A stretch of DNA of 37,369 nucleotides from an uncultured bacterium (GTDB lineage: Bacteria; Electryoneota; AABM5-125-24; Hatepunaeales; Hatepunaeaceae). A program made the translations under genes and the position numbers. The notes beneath the pieces were generated by a model. It made no database searches. It saw only the letters and a program-made list of their open reading frames with translations, and was not told the origin of the DNA. Positions 18,841 through 28,466 of this stretch are shown here, one piece after another (position 1 is the stretch's first letter; each line of letters starts with the position of its first letter). The DNA lies in contig CAZAGU010000009.1 of NCBI GenBank assembly GCA_964484805.1, forward strand, positions 1 through 37,369, written 5' to 3'.

Positions 18841-20478
18841 TCAGCTCCCGCTCTTCGGAATTAGCTCGGCTTCAATCTCAAAGCGATATACGCGGCGCTC
18901 ACGGATTTCCTGCACTTCAACGGTGTTTAACTTGGCATTCCCAAGCTTATCGACGAATTCAGGGATTTTGGAGCGCGATATAGAATAACCCTGCATGACG
19001 ACTTTATCGCCCTCCGAGGCGTTAAAATCGGTAAACCATATCCCCCAGGTTTCTTCTGAAAGACGCATTAATTTCTCGATGAATGATCCGAATTTGTCTG
19101 TGCCGCTAAAAAGCGAATCGACAATGGCTAGTGATTTCTCATATTCAGCGAGTATGTTCTGCTGGACTTCAATCTGCTCCTCTATTTCAGCCACCCGAAG
19201 CGTGATCTCCTGTTTGTTTTTCAGGGTGTTTTTCATTCCATTCAAATCGAGCGCCATGCGATGTTGTCTTACCAGTGAGAAGGCAATAATGACAGGAATC
19301 AAGCCCAGTAGAATCCAACCGGGAGTAGAAATCATCAAGCGGTTCTGGCTCTCCCTGACAATAACAGGGGTGAGGTTAATCTGGCAGACACAGCGGTCGG
19401 GCTCCATTGCCCGCAAAGCTGCGCCTAATGCGGTAGAGTAGGGACCCAGAGAATCGCTCTTGACATTTTCCAATTCGCTCAGATTGAAGCTGTTAAAGCT
19501 GACCTGTTCGACGGGAACAGATTTTCCTGAGCCGTCGGTGAGATACTCCTTGACCCCAAGCGAAAAGTTGCTGTCGAAATATTCCTGCACGTCGCTATTA
19601 AAGTACTCATGCAAGCCCAACTCATACGCTTGACCTGTCAGCACGACGCGATCAATGCGTGGCAGATCGAGAGTGTCGAGGTCATACAACAGACGGCTGT
19701 AAAGAGTGCTCATTGCTCCGGCGGTATCGGCGCCTTCGCCGATGATTGATGAGATGTGGAGGATTTCTCGTCCGCGCAGGAAGATGAAGCGGCTATGTTC
19801 AGAAGTAACGTGAAGTATCAGTGTGATTGTTTCTTCTGCCGGGTCGTAGGTATCAACGACCAGATTGACCAGCGACAGGTCAGCGCTTTCGACAAAGGCA
19901 ATTTGAGGAAAACGCTTGTGCGTGAGCTTCTGGGCTTCATTCAGGATGTTAAACAGCGGTAATTCCCCTGATCGGATAATTCCCAGTACTTTTCCTTCGG
20001 CGAGTCTGGCGAAGTCAACCGAATCACGGGGAACTTCTGATAATTCCTCGTTGTTGGTGAGGAATTCCTGCTGAACTTTCTTCAGTAGCTTATTTCCAGA
20101 TAAATCCCAATCTGTGTCGAATGTATTGTAAAACACCTGTGGTTCGCCAACTGAAAAACCGATTCTGGTCTTACGATCTGCTACCATAGCGATGATGTCA
20201 ACCAGAGCGGTTGTGCCATTGTCAGAGTCGAACACGCTTGCAGACTCTTCGGTAAAATTCTGTTCTTCACCGGCGATGATGTCAATGGATTGTCTTTCAA
20301 TCGTATGGGAAGGCTCATGGCGCGTTTCAGCGACCTTGAGAGTAGATGCGCGCAGTCTGTAATGGCGGAGATCAAGTATTTTTACCCCATCATTACTGTG
20401 CTGGATTTTTACCACCCTGAGAGAATTTCCTTCATGGCTTACTCCAACCGCGAATTTTGCAACTCTTTTATTACTCAT
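18841..20478 (-). CDS. pilM: PilM-PilN fusion: actin-like cytoplasmic PilM domain, single TM, PilN periplasmic domain.
   Basis: 545 aa. The N-terminal ~380 aa are PilM-like. A TM helix (GWILLGLIPVIIAFSLV) near residue 390 is followed by a coiled-coil and a PilN-like C-terminal region. The gene sits immediately upstream of the pilO/P and pilQ genes. Confidence 0.65.
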   Translation of the reverse strand: MSNKRVAKFAVGVSHEGNSLRVVKIQHSNDGVKILDLRHYRLRASTLKVAETRHEPSHTIERQSIDIIAGEEQNFTEESASVFDSDNGTTALVDIIAMVADRKTRIGFSVGEPQVFYNTFDTDWDLSGNKLLKKVQQEFLTNNEELSEVPRDSVDFARLAEGKVLGIIRSGELPLFNILNEAQKLTHKRFPQIAFVESADLSLVNLVVDTYDPAEETITLILHVTSEHSRFIFLRGREILHISSIIGEGADTAGAMSTLYSRLLYDLDTLDLPRIDRVVLTGQAYELGLHEYFNSDVQEYFDSNFSLGVKEYLTDGSGKSVPVEQVSFNSFNLSELENVKSDSLGPYSTALGAALRAMEPDRCVCQINLTPVIVRESQNRLMISTPGWILLGLIPVIIAFSLVRQHRMALDLNGMKNTLKNKQEITLRVAEIEEQIEVQQNILAEYEKSLAIVDSLFSGTDKFGSFIEKLMRLSEETWGIWFTDFNASEGDKVVMQGYSISRSKIPEFVDKLGNAKLNTVEVQEIRERRVYRFEIEAELIPKSGS

Positions 20479-20479
20479 G

Positions 20480-21745
20480 TCAGAACCTCTGCAGTAGTTG
20501 TTGCATCATGCGTTTGTTGTTAGCAAAATTCATTGCTGTTTCCTGTGAAATCTTATTCTCCCTGACCAGATTGATTAAATCCTGCTCCATTGTGATCATT
20601 CCAAATTTTGAACCCTCATTAATCATCTGGTAAATCTCGCCAATGTTACGATTTTTAATGGCTGAACGAATTGATGGCATCATAACCATGATTTCTTTCG
20701 CCAGCACACGCTTTCCATCCTTGCTGGGCACAAGCTTCTGCGAGATGACACAACGTAGAATATCGCCGAGACGATTGCGAACACGATCCTGTGCGATTGG
20801 CGGCATTTCGCCGATCACTCGCTCGATACTCTCGACGGCAGAAGAAGTATGCAACGTCGAAAAAACCTTATGCCCACTGTCTGCCGCTTCCAAGCCAGCC
20901 AGGACAGTGTCCGGGTCGCGCATTTCGCCGATGACAATGATGTCAGGGTCTTGACGGAGTGCTTCAACTGTGCCGGATTTGAATGACTGAGTATCTCTGC
21001 CGACTTCACGGTGGCGTATAATGCAACGCTGTGAATGATGGACAAATTCGACTGGTGAGGCGATGATGACGATATGCCCATCAATAGTGCGGTTATTCAT
21101 GTCAATGATAGCGTCAAGGGTTGTGCTTTTCCCAGAACCAGTGATTCCAGTAACCAGAATCAGCCCTTCTTTGGTGTGTGTCAGGCTGAGCGATTGCTGG
21201 AGGAAGGGATGAAAGTTAAAACCTTCAAAACTTCTGATTTGTGTCTGGATTGATCGCATGTTTAAGGCAAGTGAGCCAAGGTCGAGGTAGATGTCGGCTC
21301 GATTGCGGTGAACAACGCCATCCTTGCCGCGGAAATGATAGGAGAAGTCCAGATTGCTGTTTTCGTACAGGTGTGAACGTTGATCCTCGGTCAACAAATT
21401 CTGGATCAGAATGTCGAACTCCCCTGTTTCGTATCTGCCGAAAGCGGTGAAAGGTTTTTTCGCACCGTGTATCCTAAACCATACCGCGCCACCGGCTCCC
21501 CAGCCGCCAAGGTCTATATCTGAAGCTTCGCGTCGGCGCATTTCACTCAAGCAGTAGTCCACAAATTCTTTAAGCATCAGCCGGTCTTTGTCTGGCAATC
21601 GCCCGATAATTTCTTTCCCGATAAACATCTGTCGTTCGAGGCTCTGCATCGTTTGCGGAACACGATTGGAAAGACGCTGGAGTGCGGCTTTAATGATGCC
21701 AATATTGATGCTTAGAGTTGGTTTTTGATTCATCATTCCCACCAT
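20480..21745 (-). CDS. pilT: Twitching-motility retraction ATPase of the PilT/PilU family, with a ~70-aa N-terminal extension.
   Basis: Walker A LVTGITGSGKSTTLDA, Asp box, Walker B IIVIGEMRD, His box STLHTSSAVESIERV. It lacks the PilB-type zinc-binding N-domain. The start may be a few codons downstream (Met at 21733/21736). Confidence 0.8.
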   Translation of the reverse strand: MVGMMNQKPTLSINIGIIKAALQRLSNRVPQTMQSLERQMFIGKEIIGRLPDKDRLMLKEFVDYCLSEMRRREASDIDLGGWGAGGAVWFRIHGAKKPFTAFGRYETGEFDILIQNLLTEDQRSHLYENSNLDFSYHFRGKDGVVHRNRADIYLDLGSLALNMRSIQTQIRSFEGFNFHPFLQQSLSLTHTKEGLILVTGITGSGKSTTLDAIIDMNNRTIDGHIVIIASPVEFVHHSQRCIIRHREVGRDTQSFKSGTVEALRQDPDIIVIGEMRDPDTVLAGLEAADSGHKVFSTLHTSSAVESIERVIGEMPPIAQDRVRNRLGDILRCVISQKLVPSKDGKRVLAKEIMVMMPSIRSAIKNRNIGEIYQMINEGSKFGMITMEQDLINLVRENKISQETAMNFANNKRMMQQLLQRF

Positions 21746-22989
21746 GCCACAAGTTTGAGCGCTCTGACGAATGGGTAATTGGGCGGACTGGCGGCAGCAA
21801 GCCGCAGGTCATAGTGGTAGCGTTTGGAGAAGCCTGTCGCAATCTCGCCGGACCACCAGGAGAATGTTCCAACAGGCCCCCGTTCGTTCTGACCAATGCT
21901 TCCAGTCAGGTTCAATGCTCCTGAATTTGGGCGGGTTGAGTAGTCTTCAGCGTAAAATTTATCTCCAGCCATAATACTGGCGTTAATATTTATGTCGCTG
22001 TTATTTGCGGCATTGTTGGTTATGATAACATCATCAGCCGAAACCAGCCCCAGCAAGTCGTTTGAATTTGGATTAGCGCGTGGATCATCGGCGTAAACCA
22101 TATCATTATCAATCCAGATGTCTGCCCCTGAATACAATGTCACTGAACCGTTTAGAGTGCCTTGAACGTGTATGTCACCAGCGCAATAAATGACCCCAGT
22201 GGGTGCAATTGAAGCGACAGAAACCGTGTCAGGCGCTCCACCGTCAACGATGCGAATGACATTGCCATTTGGGAGAAATTCCAGACTAATGTCAACATCG
22301 TAGAGGCATTTTGTGTTCATTGTGGCTCCTGCGTTTCCTGCTACAGCGGCGTTGTGAAGTGGTGTCATATCCGTTGGCAAAGAAACATCCACACCGACCT
22401 CCCAACCGCCGTAGTACTTTGCTCGATTTCTTCGGCTGGTTGGGCTGGGGCTGAAGCCAAGTCTTGCCGTTACTTTTCCGTAAAACACTGGTGATCCGCT
22501 GGTTTTAATGGCGCTGTTGCAGTGCATCGGTCCTTCGACAGTGTCGCCGGAAATCCAGTATATATTGCTTGCGGCTGTGTTGACGAACCAGAAATAATTC
22601 GACACTGGTGTATGGTAGGCGAAATAGGCATAAATGGAATCTCGCAGGGACAAAGCTTTGCCGTCGGTGGCATATTGTTCTTCATCGTAAACTGCTGTTA
22701 TGGTGGTAACTTTGACAAAGACTGTGTCTAAACCCAGTGTGTCAATGACGACTAACGAAGTGCATGGGGGAGCAATAATGCTTAGTGTGTCTGACATGGC
22801 GTCATCTGCCCAGACATGGTTGATGCCAATGTTCATCGCGTTCATGGCGTTCTCGTGGAGAATAGTCTCCATGTAGCGACGGTTGAAGGCGCTCGAGGCT
22901 TCAACTGTCAGCTTGCTGAGTTGCATCTGGTACAATGAAAAAATCATTGAAATAGCAGCTACATAAATTAACGCTCCTTTCCCGAACAT
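21733..22989 (-). CDS. Hypothetical protein with an N-terminal hydrophobic helix, possibly pilus-associated (PilX/PilY-like position).
   Basis: 418 aa. The N-terminus MFGKGALIYVAAISMIFSLY is pilin-like but lacks Glu5. No recognisable catalytic motifs. It is embedded between the minor-pilin-like genes and pilT. Confidence 0.4.
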   Translation of the reverse strand: MFGKGALIYVAAISMIFSLYQMQLSKLTVEASSAFNRRYMETILHENAMNAMNIGINHVWADDAMSDTLSIIAPPCTSLVVIDTLGLDTVFVKVTTITAVYDEEQYATDGKALSLRDSIYAYFAYHTPVSNYFWFVNTAASNIYWISGDTVEGPMHCNSAIKTSGSPVFYGKVTARLGFSPSPTSRRNRAKYYGGWEVGVDVSLPTDMTPLHNAAVAGNAGATMNTKCLYDVDISLEFLPNGNVIRIVDGGAPDTVSVASIAPTGVIYCAGDIHVQGTLNGSVTLYSGADIWIDNDMVYADDPRANPNSNDLLGLVSADDVIITNNAANNSDININASIMAGDKFYAEDYSTRPNSGALNLTGSIGQNERGPVGTFSWWSGEIATGFSKRYHYDLRLAAASPPNYPFVRALKLVAWWE

Positions 22990-22998
22990 AAGCCCCTC

Positions 22999-23679
22999 CT
23001 ATCGTCTTAAATTCTTAGATATTACTCTGGTCTGCCGCCAGTATGATGCGCTTATCAATCTTTGAAGCATGACAATGCGTTCATCGGGATTTGCAGCCGC
23101 AAGTAGCTCGCTGCTGCGATAGATGTCAGGGTTCACGCAGATTAGAGTAACTTCAACCATTTTGGTTGCATCAACAATCGGCGCGGGTTGACCGATCTGA
23201 TCGAGATAGCGGAAAACTGAATTGTTGGCGATCAACCCGACAATACCGGTAACTGGAGTCTCCTGGGTTACCGAAACTGTTCGCGTGATGCTGTACATAA
23301 CCAGCGATGTATCGACGAAAACGACGGTGTCAAAAGGTGCGATCACATACTCGATGGTGTCTGGAACCTCATCCATGTGGAGATTCCCATGAATGTTAAA
23401 AAAGTAATCACGTTCTTTGTTCAGGTTGCTGATGAACTTCAAGTGTGTCGGCTGTGCGGTGACCAGAATAGTGTTTTGCTGAGATTCAGGGATGCCAAAG
23501 CCCATCTTCCGCAGGTCTTCCTGTAATATCTGGTTCAGATCAGCAAGTTCAATCTGCGCGATAGCATCGGCATTATAGTTGATAAAATGCTGAGTGGCGT
23601 TGTCGATGGCTTTAATTCCGACCAAAAGCAGGACTGAACCAATCATTGACGCTACTAATATGTCCCAGATTGTTCCCAT
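22999..23679 (-). CDS. Minor pilin-like protein.
   Basis: MGTIWDILVASMIGSVLLLVGIKAI has an N-terminal hydrophobic helix after a Gly, the pseudopilin-like architecture. It is located in the pilus operon. Confidence 0.4.
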   Translation of the reverse strand: MGTIWDILVASMIGSVLLLVGIKAIDNATQHFINYNADAIAQIELADLNQILQEDLRKMGFGIPESQQNTILVTAQPTHLKFISNLNKERDYFFNIHGNLHMDEVPDTIEYVIAPFDTVVFVDTSLVMYSITRTVSVTQETPVTGIVGLIANNSVFRYLDQIGQPAPIVDATKMVEVTLICVNPDIYRSSELLAAANPDERIVMLQRLISASYWRQTRVISKNLRR

Positions 23680-23686
23680 TACACCC

Positions 23687-24226
23687 TCAGTTGTAGAACC
23701 AGTAACTGACCACAGTGCTGATTCTTAATGTGTCTCGCATCCTTGCATTGCCGTTCATCGAGTAAATCATCGGTGGATTAAAGGCATCGCTGACGCTGAT
23801 TGTTACTCGTTTGTGCCATTGCCGCAAATCGGAATGCACTATCGCCCCTGAAGAAAGCCTGACGTATTCGACATTGTAGTCAACATGGTAAATCACACCG
23901 CTTATTCCAGTGTCCACCACTGTTGTCCCGTGCAGGTCATCAATGTCATCAACGACGGTGCTGTCATCGGCATCCCAGCCGAAATGTGCGGGCAGAGCGA
24001 AATCGCCGAGTGCCTTCTCTGAAGTAATGTCGGTTGAAACTTCGTCGAAGAAGTACTGTGAGAGTTGCTCAATATGGGAAGTCAGCACGGATAGCCCTTC
24101 AAGATGAAACCGGCTGAAATCCAGTGAAGTGCTAATATCGTTGGATGTCCGATAAAAGTTCATCACTAATACTGAAATCAACATCAATGCCCCGATGGTT
24201 AAAACAGATTGTCCTGTGCCACCCAT
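23687..24226 (-). CDS. Minor pilin-like protein.
   Basis: Start taken at the internal Met (MGGTGQSVLTIGALMLISVLVMNFY), which avoids overlap with pilB. It has an N-terminal hydrophobic helix. The ORF-track start at 24313 would overlap pilB by 77 bp. Confidence 0.4.
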   Translation of the reverse strand: MGGTGQSVLTIGALMLISVLVMNFYRTSNDISTSLDFSRFHLEGLSVLTSHIEQLSQYFFDEVSTDITSEKALGDFALPAHFGWDADDSTVVDDIDDLHGTTVVDTGISGVIYHVDYNVEYVRLSSGAIVHSDLRQWHKRVTISVSDAFNPPMIYSMNGNARMRDTLRISTVVSYWFYN

Positions 24227-24236
24227 GATTACCTCA

Positions 24237-26081
24237 TTAATCTGTTGTCGTTGTTCTTGCCAATTCCCTGAAATCGGTAGCCCCTTCAAGCACCCGTTCC
24301 CGCGCGGAATCACGAAGCGTTTTCATGCCGCCACGAATTGCTTCCTGCCGGATTACCTCCTCGTTAATATCCCCTTTGGCTTCAAAGATTAATTGGCGTA
24401 TTTTTTTACTGAAAAATAATGCTTCATGAATTGCCACGCGTCCTTTGTATCCGCCGTGGCAACGATCGCAACCGACGGCTTCGTAAAATGTGTTGTTGTC
24501 AATATCTTCATCCGAGAACCCCAGTGATTCAGGAATAACCCGCTCCATTTCAGTCATTGGTCGTTTGCAGTGCGAGCATAGCCGGCGCATGAGTCGCTGG
24601 GCGATGATGAGATTGATGGCGTAGGCGATCAGGAAGGTCTCAATGCCCATCTTGAACAAACGCGACACTGCGCTGGGCGCGTCGTTGGTGTGAAGTGTCG
24701 TGAAGGTCAAGTGCCCAGTGTTGGCGAGCTTGATCGCAGTTTCACCGGTCATCTTGTCGCGAATCTCACCCAGCATCACCACGTCAGGATCATGGCGGAG
24801 AATTGCCCGCAAAGCCAGCTCGAAGTCCATCTTCAAGCCGATCTTTAGCTGACGCACGCCGGGAATGATGTATTCCACCGGGTCTTCAACAGTCAACACA
24901 TTCACCTCAGGATTGACGATGTGACTGAGTGCGGCGATGAGCGTCGTGGACTTGCCACTGCCAGTGGGACCTGTTACGATGACCATACCTTGCGGTTGAT
25001 TGATGGCTTTCAGGAAAAAATCCTTGGCTGTGCCGTGTAGTCCCAGTTTGTCAAGGTCGGTGATGACTGAGCGGTCATCGAGGATTCGGATGACGATGCT
25101 CTCAAACTTGTACTGATATTCCTGACCAACGATAGGGATCGAAGAGAAGCGGAAACGGATGTTATGCCCATCAACTTTGCGCTGAATAAAACCATCCTGT
25201 GCCCGTTCGCGCTCGAAGCGGTCAACATTTTTCGCCCGGTCTTTCATTACCGCGGCGATGGCTTCAGGGCGAACGCCGTCTAATTCCTGCCAAGAACGCA
25301 ACATGCCGTCAACGCGAAACATGATGTTTGTTGAATTTGAGCTGACTGGTATAATATGAATATCACTTGCGCCAAGTCTGACGGCTTCGACAAGCATCCC
25401 CTCAGCAAGGTTGACCAGCATACTTTTGTTGATTTCAGCTTCAATCTCAGCTTCATCCAAATCCTCATCTTCCTGATCTAAATCATCAATTGCCAGGTCT
25501 TGTTCTTCGAGGTCTTTCAGAAACTGGTTTTCGGGAGGATAGATTTTGTCGAAGGTCATTTTAATTGTGCTGAGCCTGACGTAGCAGACCTCATAACTCT
25601 GAACCCGCATGGTTCGGGCGATGACGAGAATCATGCGGTCTGTGGGATCAGGTGAAACAAAGATCATTTTACCGGGGCGGTCTGGATCATAGCGATAAGG
25701 AAGGATATGCTTATTTAGCATATAATCGCGAGTTGATGCCGGTAATGACTCAAGCAGTTTTTTGATAAACACGACCCGCTTTTCGGGGACTTTCTTAGCG
25801 TCAATACTGATCTCACGGAAACCATAGATCGAAGCGACCTGAGAGAAGACTATATCGTGGTCAATGTTGAAATCATCAACAAGAATATTGGCAAGCCCGC
25901 GTTTGGATCGACGGTCATGAACATCGGCGTTAACTTTCTCCTTGCGGCGCAACGCTTCATCAATGATGTCTGACCCAACCAGCCCTTGTTTGACAAGACT
26001 GATCGCCAGCTTGTCTTTAATCTTCCAGCCAGTTTCCATTTGCTTAGTCAGTTCAACGTTTGGTTTCAACGGGGTTTGCAT
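24237..26081 (-). CDS. pilB: Type IV pilus assembly (extension) ATPase PilB, GspE family.
   Basis: Walker A VTGPTGSGKSTT, Walker B VVMLGEIRD, His box TLHTNDAPSAVSRL, and the tetracysteine zinc motif CSHCKRP...CDRCHGGYKGR. Confidence 0.85.
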   Translation of the reverse strand: MQTPLKPNVELTKQMETGWKIKDKLAISLVKQGLVGSDIIDEALRRKEKVNADVHDRRSKRGLANILVDDFNIDHDIVFSQVASIYGFREISIDAKKVPEKRVVFIKKLLESLPASTRDYMLNKHILPYRYDPDRPGKMIFVSPDPTDRMILVIARTMRVQSYEVCYVRLSTIKMTFDKIYPPENQFLKDLEEQDLAIDDLDQEDEDLDEAEIEAEINKSMLVNLAEGMLVEAVRLGASDIHIIPVSSNSTNIMFRVDGMLRSWQELDGVRPEAIAAVMKDRAKNVDRFERERAQDGFIQRKVDGHNIRFRFSSIPIVGQEYQYKFESIVIRILDDRSVITDLDKLGLHGTAKDFFLKAINQPQGMVIVTGPTGSGKSTTLIAALSHIVNPEVNVLTVEDPVEYIIPGVRQLKIGLKMDFELALRAILRHDPDVVMLGEIRDKMTGETAIKLANTGHLTFTTLHTNDAPSAVSRLFKMGIETFLIAYAINLIIAQRLMRRLCSHCKRPMTEMERVIPESLGFSDEDIDNNTFYEAVGCDRCHGGYKGRVAIHEALFFSKKIRQLIFEAKGDINEEVIRQEAIRGGMKTLRDSARERVLEGATDFRELARTTTTD

Positions 26082-26121
26082 TGTTCTTCTTTGCCTTTTC
26101 CTTTACTTGGATGTCCGAAAG

Positions 26122-27456
26122 CTAAAATCTACTCGGTTTTATGGTCGCTGTTTCGGTGGAAACGATTGTCAGCGCTGCCATCACAACCATAATCACAATG
26201 GCTATGATGATCTGCATGAAATCCACTATGTTCTTCAGTTTGTAAACGGTTTCCTTCTGATAATAATTCGCCAGTTGCAGGGCTGTTTGTTTGATAGTGC
26301 CGGTTTCCGCGCCTGAGTGGAAACGCGATAGCGCAGTCTTTGTGAAAACGCCTGTCGCCTCAAGGGCTTGCACCAGCCCAACGCCCTTAGACAACATCAG
26401 TGGGATGGCTACGGATTTAATCTGCCTTTCCATATATTTGTTGCCGCAGGCCTCGGCAGATAGTTTAATAGCATCGACACTCTCGCCAGAACCACTGTAA
26501 AGTGCATAAAAAACCCGGCAGAAGATCTCGATGGTTGTCTTGTGAATCAAGGATCCCATGATCGGCAATGAAAATAATAACTTGTCGCGATAGAGCTGCA
26601 CCTTCTGCATTTGCATGAGAAAGAATGCTCCCACACACATCGCCACGGTTATTATTGAGAGCACAACGATGTTTTCCAGAAGAAAATCGCTCATGTCCAT
26701 CGTTGCTTTGGTCATTGGCGGCAGTTCAATCCCCATTTGCACAAACATTTTTGCTGTTTCAGGGAAGATATACGCCACATAAAACATCACAGCACCGAAC
26801 ATCACAATTAGCGTGAATAGTGGCATGATGAGCGCGCTACGGATTGATTTTTTAAAGTCAGCCTGGCGCTCGAGGAAGGTGGCGGTGCTCTCATAAATAT
26901 CCGCCATGTTACCGCTTTTGGATGCTAACCCAAGCATTCGCGCTGTAAATTTACCAAGATATTTTTCCTGCCGAACGAAGGCTTCCTCGCTGTCTTTCCC
27001 ATGATGCAGATCATTGTTGACTTCTTTGATAGCTTCGCGCAGGCTGGCGTTTTCTATGTCATTGACCAGTAATTGTAGAATTTCATTGAACGGGAGTTTT
27101 TCACGCAATAGATCAGCGCTGACTCGAACGAAGGTAACAATATCTGTGTTGGGTGGTTTGCCGCGAAAATTAAATAACTTGGGTTTCACGCTGGTTACGG
27201 TGTAACCGAGCCGTTCTAAGGCAATCTTAACTTCTTCGGGAGTGAATGCTTTTTGCTGACCTGTGGATGGCGCTTCATTTCTGCGTGTTGCCCGGTAGGT
27301 GAAGACTCGGCGTTGGAAGATATGCTCGATTTTGAAGCGTTTGTTTTCGGCGAGTGTATGAATTTTCTCTTTTGCTCGCTTCAGGTTGTCGGCTTCAATG
27401 ATGCCATGAACCTTTCTACCGTTGAATGATATTCCTTCAAATCTGAAGTCTGGCAT
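26122..27456 (-). CDS. pilC: Type IV pilus inner-membrane platform protein PilC, GspF family.
   Basis: Duplicated GspF domain architecture with three TM segments. Conserved stretches such as LSIITVAMCVGAFFLM and ALSRFHSGAETG. Confidence 0.8.
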   Translation of the reverse strand: MPDFRFEGISFNGRKVHGIIEADNLKRAKEKIHTLAENKRFKIEHIFQRRVFTYRATRRNEAPSTGQQKAFTPEEVKIALERLGYTVTSVKPKLFNFRGKPPNTDIVTFVRVSADLLREKLPFNEILQLLVNDIENASLREAIKEVNNDLHHGKDSEEAFVRQEKYLGKFTARMLGLASKSGNMADIYESTATFLERQADFKKSIRSALIMPLFTLIVMFGAVMFYVAYIFPETAKMFVQMGIELPPMTKATMDMSDFLLENIVVLSIITVAMCVGAFFLMQMQKVQLYRDKLLFSLPIMGSLIHKTTIEIFCRVFYALYSGSGESVDAIKLSAEACGNKYMERQIKSVAIPLMLSKGVGLVQALEATGVFTKTALSRFHSGAETGTIKQTALQLANYYQKETVYKLKNIVDFMQIIIAIVIMVVMAALTIVSTETATIKPSRF

Positions 27457-27485
27457 TGAAGTTCCATTGGTTAAGTCCGCTCATT

Positions 27486-27516
27486 AAAAACCGGAGGTAA
27501 GAGAACCTACCTCCGG
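27486..27516 (-). terminator. Strong rho-independent terminator after the pilin-like gene.
   Basis: Minus strand: CCGGAGGTA-ggttctct-TACCTCCGG followed by TTTTTAA. Confidence 0.8.
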
Positions 27517-27540
27517 ATTCCGCAGTGTACCACAGAGGGC

Positions 27541-27999
27541 TTAGTTAAGTATCTCACCCTCAATGGATGTAGCCGTCACAAGCGTATATACCATTGTTAG
27601 GTTGGTGTTGTCGCGTCCCTTTTCCGAGCCGTATCCAATGATATAAAGCGAGTCGGTATCAGCAGTAGCGATAGCAGTGTTTGCAGTTGCCGCGGCAGGA
27701 GCTGTTGTAGCTTTGCTGGCAGAAGTTGGCGCAGTTGTTGCGACTCTGAATTCCCCGTTCTGATTCGTTTGATCAAGTGAACCCAGCGTAAAGCCGTCAA
27801 AATCATTGCCTCCTCCACCCATCGTGGTCGGTTTTTTGAAATGTTGCTGAGCTTTAGAAGCAAGATGCGTTACATCTGATGAGAGCGAATTGCGATTGGC
27901 ATCTACAGCGCTGCTGGAAAACATGTTGATTCCAACTGCCACGGCAATCCCGACGATAATGACGCCGAGGACTAAAAGAAGTAGTTGTTGTTGACCCAT
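27541..27999 (-). CDS. Putative major structural subunit (pilin-like) with a non-canonical N-terminus. Sigma-54 dependent.
   Basis: MGQQQLLLLVLGVIIVGIAVAVGINMF forms a hydrophobic N-terminal helix. The C-terminal part is Thr/Ala/Gly-rich. AAAGGG RBS. There is a sigma-54 promoter ~140 bp upstream and a strong terminator downstream. An in-frame TGA 15 nt upstream rules out a longer leader. No GFTLIE motif. Confidence 0.5.
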   Translation of the reverse strand: MGQQQLLLLVLGVIIVGIAVAVGINMFSSSAVDANRNSLSSDVTHLASKAQQHFKKPTTMGGGGNDFDGFTLGSLDQTNQNGEFRVATTAPTSASKATTAPAAATANTAIATADTDSLYIIGYGSEKGRDNTNLTMVYTLVTATSIEGEILN

Positions 28000-28135
28000 G
28001 GTTTTACCCTTTCAAATTTCTGGTTCTGTAAATTTAAAGCATTATGATTTTTATCAAGGTTCTGAAAGCTGGGCTGTTGTATTCTGGAAGTGATCATTTA
28101 TGCTCACCAGCCTCGTTGTTTTCATGGCTTATAAC

Positions 28136-28152
28136 AGCAACATGAATGCCAA
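28136..28152 (-). promoter_or_regulatory. Sigma-54 (-24/-12) promoter for the pilin-like gene.
   Basis: Minus strand reads TGGCATtcatgTTGCT, matching TGGCAC-N5-TTGCW with the invariant GG and GC. It lies ~137 bp upstream of the ATG at 27999. Confidence 0.75.
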
Positions 28153-28318
28153 GCTTGAAAAATTCGATAAATTACAATCGAATTTCAGTTGGATTTGAAG
28201 ATGATTTCATCTTAACTATTTGTTATAAAAAGAATAAGAATTGTGTCGTTTTTTTTGTTGAATATAGTTTGCCACATAAAAATCTGGTGGCTAACAGTGT
28301 TGGCGCCGAAGTTCAGTC

Positions 28319-28357
28319 TGTGTGAATATTGACGAGTGTGTGAATTGGGCCGGTAGA
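28319..28357 (-). promoter_or_regulatory. Putative enhancer (UAS) for the sigma-54 activator, copy A.
   Basis: GTGTGAAT-N~11-GTGTGTGAATTGGGCCGGTAGA lies ~185-220 bp upstream of the minus-strand sigma-54 promoter. The 22-mer recurs as an exact reverse complement at 31646-31667. Confidence 0.5.
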
Positions 28358-28466
28358 ATTTGGGCTATTGTTGGAAATGTTACAATCAAGAAGTTTTTTA
28401 TGTTTGAACTGTGATTAAAACCTTGCATTGTCTGGATCATAAATTTACCTTACTTAAAGTTAGCTT

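Noticed and set aside
27999-28030. Longer N-terminal leader for the pilin-like protein via an upstream TTG/GTG start
   Set aside because: There is an in-frame TGA 15 nt upstream of the ATG, and the AAAGGG RBS is correctly spaced for the ATG at 27999.
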